Shown here: positions 9,644 to 18,862 of the stretch, in pieces
Position numbering within the stretch: position 1 is the stretch's first letter
Layout of the letters: each line of letters begins with the position of its first letter
Assembly (NCBI GenBank): GCA_040289905.1
Contig: PSMA01000012.1
Location: forward strand, 374-64,373
Direction of reading: 5' to 3'
Length of the DNA: 64,000 nucleotides
From: Blastocatellia bacterium
Lineage (GTDB): Bacteria; Acidobacteriota; Blastocatellia; Pyrinomonadales; Pyrinomonadaceae
The notes under the pieces: generated by a model
What the model was told of the DNA's origin: nothing
Seen by the model: only the letters and a program-made list of their open reading frames with translations
Databases searched by the model: none
Made by a program: the position numbers and the translations under genes

Positions 9644-11011
9644 CTATGCTTCGATAATCTCGACTTTTGTCTCGACAAGGTGTTTAGGAATTAGCGCAGG
9701 GAAATAGGCCATTATTTCCTCGACCTTTGGTCTGCCGCCGGCGAAACCCGTAACTGCGGGCGGCCCGGTCAATATCAGCGGAGCAATCTCTTTAGTAAAT
9801 CGTTCGATCGATCCTCGGTCTTCGCCGCGGACGCCGACGCGAAGTTGTACCTCTGGAATATTTGGGTCTGGTTCTCCGGCAAGATGGCCGTGCGTTGCGT
9901 TTACGCCAATAAACTCCGTTAAGATTTGATCGAATTCAAGCCCCAGCCGCTCGAGCCGGCGGCGAAGAATCGCATCCGCCGCCTTTGCTTTTTCATATGC
10001 ATCCGGCCAAGCGTAAACGAGCGTGCCGACTGCCTTCCATCCTGCCGCATACGCAATCGAAACCTTGTAGAATTCGGTATTCGGATAACCTTTGATACCG
10101 AAGACGCGGACACGATTTTCGCCCGCGGGCTCTAGCCGAATCGATGAGAAATCTGCGATAACGTCTGGAGTAATATAGGCCTTCGGGTCACCCATTTCGT
10201 AAAGCAGCTGTTCAGTCACAGATTGCACGTTTACGCGGCCGCCGGTGCCCTGATGCTTTGTGACGATGAAATCGCCCGATCCATTTGCTTCAACGATTGG
10301 AAAGCCGACATCTGCAAGGTCCGGAATCGATCGCCATTCGTACTGACAGTTTCCTCCGGACGCCTGTGCACCACATTCGATGATATGCCCGGCAATTGTG
10401 CCTGCTGCCATCTTGTCCCAATCAGCGAAATCCCAGCCGAATTCATAGGCCATTGGGCCGAGCGTTAGGCCAGTATCAGTTAAGCGGCCGCCGATGACAA
10501 TTTGGGCGTTTTGCTTCAAAGCTTCGACGATTCCAGATGCGCCGAGATAAACGTTTGCAGAGCGGATACGCGACCGAATAGCGTCGAGCGGCTCGCCCGT
10601 CTCCATATTGATTATCGTGACTCCCTTTTCCGCGAAAGAATCGAGACGTTCAAGAATATCATCGCCGGTAATTATGCCGATCTTGAATTTTCCCGAAAGG
10701 CCGAGCTCCGATGCAACCTCACGAAGAGCATCGGCACAACCGGTAAGATTTACGCCGCCGGCATTCGAAATGACCCTTATTTTTCGCTCGACGCAATCCG
10801 GGAGGATTTCGCGCATCAGGGACACGAAATCCCGCGCATATCCGGCACGGGCATCTCGGTCACGTTGTTTTTGCAATATGCTCATAGTTACCTCAGCAAG
10901 GTAATCGAGCATAAGGTAGTCGATCGGACCGCGGCGCACTTGTTCTATCGGAGCTGTAAGCAGGTCGCCCCAGAAGCCCTGTCCGCTTGCAATTCGAATC
11001 GTGCGGGACAT
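9644..11011 (-). CDS. Acyclic terpene utilisation AtuA-like protein (DUF1446)
   Basis: 455 aa. The N-terminus [12 protein letters not shown]...[16 protein letters not shown] is typical of DUF1446. Its stop abuts the convergent crotonase stop with no spacer. Confidence 0.7.
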   Translation of the reverse strand: MSRTIRIASGQGFWGDLLTAPIEQVRRGPIDYLMLDYLAEVTMSILQKQRDRDARAGYARDFVSLMREILPDCVERKIRVISNAGGVNLTGCADALREVASELGLSGKFKIGIITGDDILERLDSFAEKGVTIINMETGEPLDAIRSRIRSANVYLGASGIVEALKQNAQIVIGGRLTDTGLTLGPMAYEFGWDFADWDKMAAGTIAGHIIECGAQASGGNCQYEWRSIPDLADVGFPIVEANGSGDFIVTKHQGTGGRVNVQSVTEQLLYEMGDPKAYITPDVIADFSSIRLEPAGENRVRVFGIKGYPNTEFYKVSIAYAAGWKAVGTLVYAWPDAYEKAKAADAILRRRLERLGLEFDQILTEFIGVNATHGHLAGEPDPNIPEVQLRVGVRGEDRGSIERFTKEIAPLILTGPPAVTGFAGGRPKVEEIMAYFPALIPKHLVETKVEIIEA

Positions 11012-11065
11012 ACTTTTCTTCGTTCTAATAAACGTCTGTGCTCGTTTTCGCCCTAATGCCTGAAG

Positions 11066-11368
11066 CTAGTAAATTATTTTTTTGCTACGGCTGGTTACTT
11101 TTCGACCGGTTTTGTAAGTTTTTCGCCCGACCGATTTCGAGCCGCGCCAGACGCGTTTGGTGACCCATTTTCCACCGCGATAAACCCGTATCGTTACCCA
11201 TTTGCCTCCGCGATAAGCACTGCGGATCGCGCCGGGCTTTCGTTTTTTTCGAACTGCGGTTTGCGCGGCTTTCGCCGAAGGGCCGAGGGCCCAGGCAGGC
11301 GCCGCATCAGTGAACGCAATCGAGAGAATCATTGCCGCCGCTAGAATTGCAAGCCTGATCTGTGTCAT
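11066..11368 (-). CDS. Small secreted, highly basic repeat protein (hypothetical)
   Basis: 100 aa. A signal peptide (ILAAAMILSIAFTDAAPAWA) is followed by four 11-aa units: YRGGKWVTIRV, YRGGKWVTKRV, WRGSKSVGRKT, YKTGRKVTSRS. Confidence 0.45.
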   Translation of the reverse strand: MTQIRLAILAAAMILSIAFTDAAPAWALGPSAKAAQTAVRKKRKPGAIRSAYRGGKWVTIRVYRGGKWVTKRVWRGSKSVGRKTYKTGRKVTSRSKKIIY

Positions 11369-11414
11369 TTATTTTATTTTACTCCTAATGGTTTGAAGTT
11401 CGCCGCCGCGGGAT

Positions 11415-11819
11415 TCAGCCCGAATGTCGGACGTTGTCCCGAATATACCTAACGATATCTTCGGTTGACGTTCCGGGTAAAAAGACCTCTGCGATGCCTT
11501 TCGATTTTAGTTCTGGTATATCTTCTACCGGAACGATTCCGCCGACGAGAACAAGCGTGTCATCCATACCGTTTTGCCGAAGCAATTCGACGATTCGCGG
11601 ACAAAGCGTCTTGTGTGCTCCGCTTAGAATCGAAATGCCGACAGCGTCAACGTCTTCCTGAAGAGCTGCTGCCGCGATCATCTCCGGAGTTTGCCGCAGA
11701 CCTGTGTAAATAACTTCCATTCCCGCGTCCCGAAGAGCTCGGGCTATGACCTTAGCGCCGCGATCGTGGCCGTCGAGGCCGGGCTTTGCGACCAGTACAC
11801 GTATCTTTCTTTCGCTCAT
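11415..11819 (-). CDS. Cobalamin-binding domain protein (methylmalonyl-CoA mutase small subunit / C-terminal domain type)
   Basis: 134 aa with the DxHxxG motif ([10 protein letters not shown]), GISILSGAH and LVLVGG. Confidence 0.8.
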   Translation of the reverse strand: MSERKIRVLVAKPGLDGHDRGAKVIARALRDAGMEVIYTGLRQTPEMIAAAALQEDVDAVGISILSGAHKTLCPRIVELLRQNGMDDTLVLVGGIVPVEDIPELKSKGIAEVFLPGTSTEDIVRYIRDNVRHSG

Positions 11820-11927
11820 CCGGATAACAGTATATTAACGGACGGGTTAGAGTAGCAAACCGGCTGAAAGTTAAAAATTTATTAGGCAGTGGAATTTGCT
11901 CTTCGGTCTATGGACACGGTTTTTTGT

Positions 11928-12791
11928 TCAAGAACGTAAAGGAGCCGGAGACCTGTCTAAATTTTCTTGGATCATCTTTTCGGCACAGAGGTTCGGCGAG
12001 CCGAAAATACATCGAACTTTGCTCCGGATAGTTCGCCTACTCCGAATCGCGGCAAGCGTCTCAGCCCACGAATGGAGGTTTATCCAAAGTGGGTTGAACG
12101 ATTTAACAGGTTTGATGATTCCGTATCGCGGTTCCTCACTTTCGGGGACGAACGTTCCGAAGATTCGGTCCCAAATGATCAAAACGCCGGCGTAGTTTTT
12201 ATCCAGATAAGAGTTATTGACACCGTGGTGCACGCGATGATGCGATGGAGTGTTAAGTAAATATTCGAGCGGTCCGAGCCGGTCGATAAATTGTGTGTGG
12301 ATCCAGAATTGGTAAATGAGATTAAAGCCATGCATTGTCGCAAACATCCACGGAGCAAACCCGGCAAGCATAATCGGAGTATAAAAGACCCAATGCAGAA
12401 GGCCGCTGAACCAGCTCTGACGAACCGCAACGCTGAGGTTAAAATATTCGCTCGAGTGGTGCACTACGTGAAAATTCCAAAAAAGTCTGGACTCGTGACT
12501 TACGCGATGAAACCAGTAATATGCAAAATCGTCCAAGAAAAAGAGAACGACCCAGCTCCACCACGCATCCGCAGGAAACTTAAACGGTGCGAGTTGATAT
12601 GCTCCGGCGTAGATTAGGCCGATAAAAAGGCCGAACAGCAAACCGAATCCGACGCTGACAAAACCAACGATTATATTGGCCCAAGCGTCCTTCGAATCGT
12701 AAAATTCCGGTTTCCGAAGCCGTGCATAATACGCCTCCGCGGCGATCAGAAAAGCGAAAATCGGAATGGAAATCAATACCGGATTTAACAT
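11928..12791 (-). CDS. Fatty acid hydroxylase / sterol desaturase family membrane protein
   Basis: 287 aa, multi-TM, with histidine boxes HRVSH, HVVHH and HHRVHH. Confidence 0.75.
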   Translation of the reverse strand: MLNPVLISIPIFAFLIAAEAYYARLRKPEFYDSKDAWANIIVGFVSVGFGLLFGLFIGLIYAGAYQLAPFKFPADAWWSWVVLFFLDDFAYYWFHRVSHESRLFWNFHVVHHSSEYFNLSVAVRQSWFSGLLHWVFYTPIMLAGFAPWMFATMHGFNLIYQFWIHTQFIDRLGPLEYLLNTPSHHRVHHGVNNSYLDKNYAGVLIIWDRIFGTFVPESEEPRYGIIKPVKSFNPLWINLHSWAETLAAIRSRRTIRSKVRCIFGSPNLCAEKMIQENLDRSPAPLRS

Positions 12792-12840
12792 GCAGGTGGT
12801 AGTATTTTAGACGGTTCGAGCCCAAAAATACATAGAAAAA

Positions 12841-13326
12841 ATGGCTAACAGTAAATTAAAAAGGGCTTTTACGATTGCCAGCATTGGCTTGGCAGCAGCG
12901 TTTTTAGCTGCCCAATTCATTCAGCCGAGCTTTTCGAATCCGCCGATCAACGAATCCGAGACCTTCGAAGCGGTAACGAATGTTCCACCGACCGTTGCCG
13001 CAATAATCGAACGTTCGTGCGCTGATTGTCATACGAATCGAACGACCTATCCGTGGTATTCGCGTATCTCACCGGTGTCTTGGTATTTACACAATCATAT
13101 TGACGAGGGTCGGCGGAAATTGAATTTCAGTGTTTGGGCAACGTATTCGGCAAAGAAAAAGTCCAAAAAGCTCGAAGAAATCTGCGAACAGGTCCAAGGA
13201 CAGGAGATGCCTTTGCCCTCGTATCTTTTCCTGCATCGCGATGCGGTTTTATCAAAAGCTGACGTCGATATGCTTTGCACCTGGGTAGCGGCCGAACGCC
13301 AACGCCTGGAAACCAGCGAAAATTAA
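12841..13326 (+). CDS. Haem-binding domain-containing protein (CxxCH)
   Basis: 161 aa with a signal anchor, CADCH, and YPWYSRISPVSWYL...GRRKLNFSVW, typical of the PF14376-type haem-binding domain (from memory). Confidence 0.6.
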   Translation: MANSKLKRAFTIASIGLAAAFLAAQFIQPSFSNPPINESETFEAVTNVPPTVAAIIERSCADCHTNRTTYPWYSRISPVSWYLHNHIDEGRRKLNFSVWATYSAKKKSKKLEEICEQVQGQEMPLPSYLFLHRDAVLSKADVDMLCTWVAAERQRLETSEN

Positions 13327-13420
13327 GCGGGAAAATTTTACACAAAAGCTTGAGCTTCGGCTCGGACGTCTGGCGTTTGGCTTAGCTCGATTTTGTCCCT
13401 CGAAGCAATTAAAAGGCTCT

Positions 13421-13935
13421 ATGAATACTTGGAAAATTACGGTTTTCGATCCTTGCTGCGATTCAGCTTTTGGTTTTGGCAACCGCGGCGTCGAGGCAAA
13501 CCGAATCCGAGCTTATTCAGGAAGTAAAACGCATCCGTTTGCATCATAAACTTCCGCCGCTGGCTTGGAACAAGACGCTTACTCGTATCGCACGCCGTTA
13601 GTCGAAAAAATGGCCGAAACGGAAAGATTGAGCCATTTTGATGCGGACGGTCTCTCCGTAATCGAACGGATCGAAAATGGCGGTTTCTTGCCCCGGCGCA
13701 AAATTGGCGAAAACCTGTTTCTCGCTTCGAGTTTAGATGAAACTGAGGTGCTCGGCGTATAATTCGTGGCTGGATGCGGTCGTCTGCTCATCGAAAAAAC
13801 GTAAAGACCTCCTCGTGGCGGCTCACACGAATCGGGGTTATCGCACTCGTGACGGCTGAACCTACATTAGCCAGATTTTTGCCGATCGCGGACAGCGGAT
13901 ACGAGGTTTTCCGTCTCGGGCTACCCGTGTTGTAA
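13421..13935 (+). pseudogene. Decayed SCP/CAP (YkwD-like) secreted protein gene with several frameshifts
   Basis: The recognisable pieces lie in three frames. Signal peptide and start: LRFSILAAIQLLVLATAASRQTESELIQEVKRIRLHHKLPPLAWNKTLTRIARR. Middle: MAETERLSHFDADGLSVIERIENGGF..IGENLF. End: GWMRSSAHRKNV..WRLTRIGV...TLARF. Only a 65-aa piece appears in the ORF track. Confidence 0.55.
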
Positions 13936-13947
13936 GATAACCACTTT

Positions 13948-14469
13948 ATGTCACGGCTTAAAATACTCTACTATCCGGAGCCTGTTTTGCTGCAAGTTGG
14001 CCGTCCGGTAGAGACTTCCGAACTGGATGCGGATTTTCGAACAACGGTCGAAGCGATGTTTCGCCTCATGTACGACGCAGGTGGTGTTGGGCTTGCGGCT
14101 CCGCAAGTGGGCATCTCAAAGCGATTTTTTATTATGGACGTCCCGAACGAGGATGGTGCTCCGAATCCGCTTGTTTTTATAAACCCAGAAATTATCGCGG
14201 TAGAAGGTGAACAGATAGGCGATGAAGGCTGCCTTTCATTTCCCGGGATTTATCAGATCGTAAAGCGTGAAATGCGCGTTATCGCTCGAGCCCAAAACCT
14301 CGATGGAGAAATATTCGAGGCGGATCTTGCCGATCTTGCGGCCCGCTGTGTTCTCCACGAGACGGATCATTGTGATGGAATAGTATTCCTCGATCGAATG
14401 TCGCCGCTGAAACGCGAAATTGCAAAGCGTAAAGTTCGCCGACTGCAGAAAACTGGAGAGTGGGAATAA
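13948..14469 (+). CDS. def: Peptide deformylase
   Basis: 173 aa with the motifs GVGLAAPQVG, EGCLSFPG and HETDH. Confidence 0.9.
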   Translation: MSRLKILYYPEPVLLQVGRPVETSELDADFRTTVEAMFRLMYDAGGVGLAAPQVGISKRFFIMDVPNEDGAPNPLVFINPEIIAVEGEQIGDEGCLSFPGIYQIVKREMRVIARAQNLDGEIFEADLADLAARCVLHETDHCDGIVFLDRMSPLKREIAKRKVRRLQKTGEWE

Positions 14470-14695
14470 ATGCCTAGAAGGCACTCAATAATCGTCGGCA
14501 ATTATCCAAGCAATTTCCGACGGCCATGTTTCTTAGCTTTTGGCGGTGATCGGATCAAAGCAGTTTCGTCGAGTAATACGAAGGTTTGGACGTTTGATTT
14601 ATCCGGTAACCCTCATTGGCGAATAATTGTTATAATCGAAACTGCAAAAATCCAAATAATCAAAATCTCAAAAGTCGTTTCGACCGAGGTGGCCT

Positions 14696-16267
14696 ATGCA
14701 AACAAAACAGATTATCAGTGAGTTCAAAAATGAACCATTTATCGATTTTTCTTTGCCGGAAAACGGCTCTGCGATGCATGCGGCAATTGAAAAGGTCCGC
14801 GGCGAGCTTGGCCGCGAATATCACTGCGTAATCGGCGGCGAAAAAATATCGCTCGAATCGCGTTTCAAGAGCTTTAATCCGGCAAGGAAAGACGAAGTTA
14901 TTGGCGTATTTCCAGAAACCGACGATGATACGTCTCTTGTCACCAAAGCGATCGACGCCGCAACTGAAGCTTTCAAAACCTGGCGTAACGTGCCGGCGGC
15001 GGAGCGGGCAACGTATCTTTTTCGAATTGCCGAGATAATGAGGCAACGCAAGCATGAACTTTCGGCCTGGATGGTGTTCGAGGTGGCGAAAACATGGCCG
15101 GAGGCGGACGGCGATACCGCAGAAGCTATAGACTTTGCAGAGTTCTACGCACGCGAGGCATTGCGTTGGGCCGAAGAGCAGCCGTTGACGCGGATTCCGA
15201 CAGAACGAAACTCTCTGGAATATATTCCCCTCGGAGTCGGCGCGATTATTCCGCCGTGGAATTTCCCGCTCGCCATAATGTCCGGAATGACGATGGCGGC
15301 AATTGTGTCGGGAAACACGGTCGTGCTCAAGCCATCGTCTGATGCGCCAACGATTGCCGCGAAATTTATGGAAATCGTCGAGGAAGCGGGCGTTCCGGCC
15401 GGTGTCGTTAACTTTTTGACAGGAAGCGCCGCAACCGGCGAGGGAATGGTAACGAGCCCGAAGACGCGCTTTATCTCATTTACCGGTTCTAAAGCAGTTG
15501 GATTGCATATAAACGAAGAAGCTGCCAAAACGCGTCCTGGCCAGATTTGGATCAAGCGCGTGATTGCTGAGCTCGGCGGGAAAGATGCAATCATCGTTTG
15601 CGACGATGCCGATTTGGACGCAGCGGCAGTTGGCGTCGTCCAGTCGGCGTTTGGATTCCAGGGACAAAAGTGTTCCGCCTGCTCACGCCTGATCGTTGAC
15701 CAAAAAGTGCACGACGCTATGCTCGCAAAGGTACTCGAACTGACCCGAAAGTTGAAGGTCGGCGATCCGACGGATCTGGAGACGAGCGTCTCGGCGGTCA
15801 TCAATAAGCGCGCTTTCGATAAAACGCTTGGCTACATCCAGACGGCGATTGGCGAAGGCGGCGACGTCATCCTAGGCGGGACCGGCGATGACTCTACCGG
15901 ATATTTCATCCAGCCGACGATAGTCGAAAATGTAAAGCCCGGCGATACAATAGAGCGGGAAGAGATTTTTGCACCTGTCCTGGCTGTCATCAAGGCCCGC
16001 GATTATGATCACGCACTTGAAATAGCAAATGATACGGAATTTGGGCTTACCGGTTCGGTTTATTCGAATTCCAGCGAACGGCTCGAAAGAGCCAGAAGGG
16101 AATTTCACGTTGGAAACCTCTATTTCAATCGAAAATGTACCGGAGCGCTTGTCGGCGTGCACCCATTCGGCGGATTTAATATGAGCGGCACGGACTCAAA
16201 AGCGGGAGGTCGCGAATACCTTCTGCAGTTTATGCAGGCAAAGCTAGTCTCAGAGAAAATTCGGTAG
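14696..16267 (+). CDS. pruA: L-glutamate gamma-semialdehyde (1-pyrroline-5-carboxylate) dehydrogenase
   Basis: 523 aa aldehyde dehydrogenase with catalytic FGFQGQKCSACSR and ELGGKD. The N-terminus matches PruA/RocA-type enzymes. GAGGTGG lies upstream of the ATG. Confidence 0.8.
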   Translation: MQTKQIISEFKNEPFIDFSLPENGSAMHAAIEKVRGELGREYHCVIGGEKISLESRFKSFNPARKDEVIGVFPETDDDTSLVTKAIDAATEAFKTWRNVPAAERATYLFRIAEIMRQRKHELSAWMVFEVAKTWPEADGDTAEAIDFAEFYAREALRWAEEQPLTRIPTERNSLEYIPLGVGAIIPPWNFPLAIMSGMTMAAIVSGNTVVLKPSSDAPTIAAKFMEIVEEAGVPAGVVNFLTGSAATGEGMVTSPKTRFISFTGSKAVGLHINEEAAKTRPGQIWIKRVIAELGGKDAIIVCDDADLDAAAVGVVQSAFGFQGQKCSACSRLIVDQKVHDAMLAKVLELTRKLKVGDPTDLETSVSAVINKRAFDKTLGYIQTAIGEGGDVILGGTGDDSTGYFIQPTIVENVKPGDTIEREEIFAPVLAVIKARDYDHALEIANDTEFGLTGSVYSNSSERLERARREFHVGNLYFNRKCTGALVGVHPFGGFNMSGTDSKAGGREYLLQFMQAKLVSEKIR

Positions 16268-16361
16268 ATTCTCAGCCGGGCCCGGGCCCAACCGCAATTT
16301 TGCCCGGGCAGATTTTCCTTCGGAAAGGCGCGTAGTTTTAGGATTTGCCTTACAAAAAATT

Positions 16362-17909
16362 ATGCTCGGATCATTTCTCGTTCGATTTTTCGCCGCGGTA
16401 AGCTTATTTTCGCTCGTAACCGCTTCGATTGCGCAGGAATCTATTGTCAATTTTCCGGTTAAACGCGACGAATCGGCAGATTTCTGGCGGCGGGACGGAA
16501 AAGCCGCTCTCGAGAGAGCCAAATCAACAAAAATCAGAAAAGGGAAGGCGAAAAATATCATTCTCTTCCTTGGCGACGGAATGGGAATTTCTACCGTAAC
16601 TGCCGCCCGCATCCTCGAGGGACAGCTTCGTGGTGAAAGTGGCGAAGAAAACCGCCTTGCTTTTGAAGATTTTCCGTTTACGGCATTCTCAAAGACCTAC
16701 AGTACAAATCAGCAGACGTCGGATTCTGCACCGACGATGAGTGCAATTGTGACCGGCGTGAAAACGAACGAAGGAATAATTAGTCTTAGCCGGAACGCAA
16801 TACGCGGGGATTTCCGTTCTGCTCCAGGAAATGAACAAAAGAGCATACTTTCTTACGCGGAGGACGCGGGTAAATCGACCGGCCTTGTCACGACTGCTCG
16901 GATAACACACGCAACACCGGCGGCCTGCTACGCACATTCGCCGGATCGCGACTGGGAATCAGACGCAGACATTTTTGCCCGGAGCAAGGATGCATACAAG
17001 GCAGACTTTCCCGACATCGCCCGGCAGCTCGTGGAATTCAAGTCCGGTGATGGAGTTGACGTAATGCTTGGCGGCGGACGGTCGAAATTCCTTTCCCGGG
17101 AAGACGCAGATCCGGAATATCCAGACCGTCGCGGCGAACGCCTCGACGGACGCAACTTGACGGCTGAGTGGCAAAAGAAAAATCCGGGCGGGAAATTCGT
17201 CTGGAATCGCGAACAGTTCGATGCCGTCATTGCCTCGAAAACAAAAAAGCTCTTTGGTTTATTCGAGCCTTCCCATTTGCGATATGAATTTGACCGAAAA
17301 AGCGACAAAGGCGGCGAGCCATCGCTTTCAGAGATGACCGCGAAGGCTATCGATCTCTTAAGCCAAAATCGGAAAGGCTTCTTTCTAATGGTTGAAGGCG
17401 GAAGAATCGATATGGCCCATCACGACGGCAATGCGTTTCGTGCACTCACAGAGACGATTGAATTCTCAAATGCTGTGCGAACTGCTTTGAGCAAGGTTAA
17501 CCTAGACGAAACATTGATAATCGTTACCGCAGATCATAGCCATACGTTTACCATCGGCGGATATCCGGCCCGCGGCAACAACATTCTTGGTCTAATTCGT
17601 GAAGCGGGACCGGGGCTAAATCCCGAAAAAGAGCCGAAACTTGATTTGCAGAAAAAACCGATGACCACGCTCGGCTATGCTAACGGGCCAGGTTACCGAG
17701 GCGGTAATCGGCCAGTACTCTCGGACGCCGAGGTCACGTCTCCTGATTTCAAACAAGAGGCTGCTGTTCCACTGACCTCCGAAACGCACGGCGGCGAAGA
17801 CGTCCCAATTTTTGCAGATGGTGTCGGTGCATATCTTGTAAGAGGTTCTATGGAAGAAAGCTGGCTCTTCTATATTATGTCTGACGCCTTCGGATTCAGT
17901 ATCAAATGA
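16362..17909 (+). CDS. Alkaline phosphatase (PhoA family), secreted
   Basis: 515 aa with a signal peptide, active-site DSAPTMSAIVTG, VEGGRIDMAHH and TADHSH. Confidence 0.85.
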   Translation: MLGSFLVRFFAAVSLFSLVTASIAQESIVNFPVKRDESADFWRRDGKAALERAKSTKIRKGKAKNIILFLGDGMGISTVTAARILEGQLRGESGEENRLAFEDFPFTAFSKTYSTNQQTSDSAPTMSAIVTGVKTNEGIISLSRNAIRGDFRSAPGNEQKSILSYAEDAGKSTGLVTTARITHATPAACYAHSPDRDWESDADIFARSKDAYKADFPDIARQLVEFKSGDGVDVMLGGGRSKFLSREDADPEYPDRRGERLDGRNLTAEWQKKNPGGKFVWNREQFDAVIASKTKKLFGLFEPSHLRYEFDRKSDKGGEPSLSEMTAKAIDLLSQNRKGFFLMVEGGRIDMAHHDGNAFRALTETIEFSNAVRTALSKVNLDETLIIVTADHSHTFTIGGYPARGNNILGLIREAGPGLNPEKEPKLDLQKKPMTTLGYANGPGYRGGNRPVLSDAEVTSPDFKQEAAVPLTSETHGGEDVPIFADGVGAYLVRGSMEESWLFYIMSDAFGFSIK

Positions 17910-18835
17910 AAGTAGTTTTTATGGGGACGCCTGCAGCTGCAGTGCCGTCGCTACGAGCTCTTGTTTCCGCAGGCTTCGTTATTGCGGGCGTCTATACACA
18001 GCCCGATAAACCCGCCGGCCGCGGGCAAAAAGCTACGGTTTCGCCAGTAAAAGCATTTGCCAAAGCTGTTGGGCTTCCGGTTTTTCAGCCGTCTTCGTTA
18101 AAGTCCGATGAAGGTTTTTTTGAATTTTCCGGCCTCGGAGCTGACGTCGCCGTGGTCGTCGCCTATGGAAAGATTTTGCCGCTTCGATACCTAAAAGCAT
18201 TTCCGCTCGGAGCGGTAAACGTACATTTTTCCTTGCTGCCAAAATACCGCGGGGCCGCACCAGTAAATTGGGCAATTGCACGCGGCGAGAAATTTACCGG
18301 AGTAACAACGATGTTAATGGATGAAGGGCTCGACACCGGACCGATTCTTCTGTCCAAAGAGGTCGGAATCGGTAGCAGCGAAACTGCATCTGAGCTTACG
18401 GCGAGACTTGCTGAAATTGGCAGCGAACTCATTGTTGAAACACTCGAGAATTTCGGTTCTCTGAAACCAGTGCCGCAAGACGATACTGCGGCAACATACG
18501 CGCCGATTCTAAAAAAATCGGATGGCCTAATTGATTGGAAAATGAAGGCCGACGAGATTGCGGCTCGTGTGCGTGCTTTTCAGCCGTTTCCGACAGCTTT
18601 CACCTATCTAGAAGGTAAGAAACTAACAGTCTGGCAAGCCGAGCCGAGCGGAGTAAATCCCGCTCGAACCGAGCCGGGAGTCGTTATTTCTGCCAACGGT
18701 GGTGAAATTATTATCGCCGCAGGTGAAAAAACGTCAGTCTCGATGAAAGAACTTCAACTAGAAGGCCGAAGGCGAATGTCCGCGAAGGCTTTCTTGAATG
18801 GTTTCCGCATTCAGCCCGGAATACGTTTGGGATAG
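17906..18835 (+). CDS. fmt: Methionyl-tRNA formyltransferase
   Basis: 309 aa with MKVVFMGTP and HFSLLPKYRGAAPV. It overlaps the previous gene by 4 nt. Confidence 0.9.
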   Translation: MKVVFMGTPAAAVPSLRALVSAGFVIAGVYTQPDKPAGRGQKATVSPVKAFAKAVGLPVFQPSSLKSDEGFFEFSGLGADVAVVVAYGKILPLRYLKAFPLGAVNVHFSLLPKYRGAAPVNWAIARGEKFTGVTTMLMDEGLDTGPILLSKEVGIGSSETASELTARLAEIGSELIVETLENFGSLKPVPQDDTAATYAPILKKSDGLIDWKMKADEIAARVRAFQPFPTAFTYLEGKKLTVWQAEPSGVNPARTEPGVVISANGGEIIIAAGEKTSVSMKELQLEGRRRMSAKAFLNGFRIQPGIRLG

Positions 18836-18862
18836 CTTTCCAACCGCAGGCGACCTCCGATA

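Noticed and set aside
14470-14721. An 83-aa ORF filling the def-pruA spacer.
   Set aside because: It has no SD and no motif, and it overlaps the pruA start and the promoter-like TATAAT. The composition looks non-coding.
15145-15804. A 219-aa ORF antisense to pruA. Similar long antisense ORFs lie at 21934-22572, 31225-31983, 44606-45352, 4023-4427 and 51648-52112.
   Set aside because: All lie fully inside genes with strong family motifs on the other strand. Their products are low-complexity and Arg/Ser/Pro-rich with no recognisable motifs. These are typical shadow ORFs.
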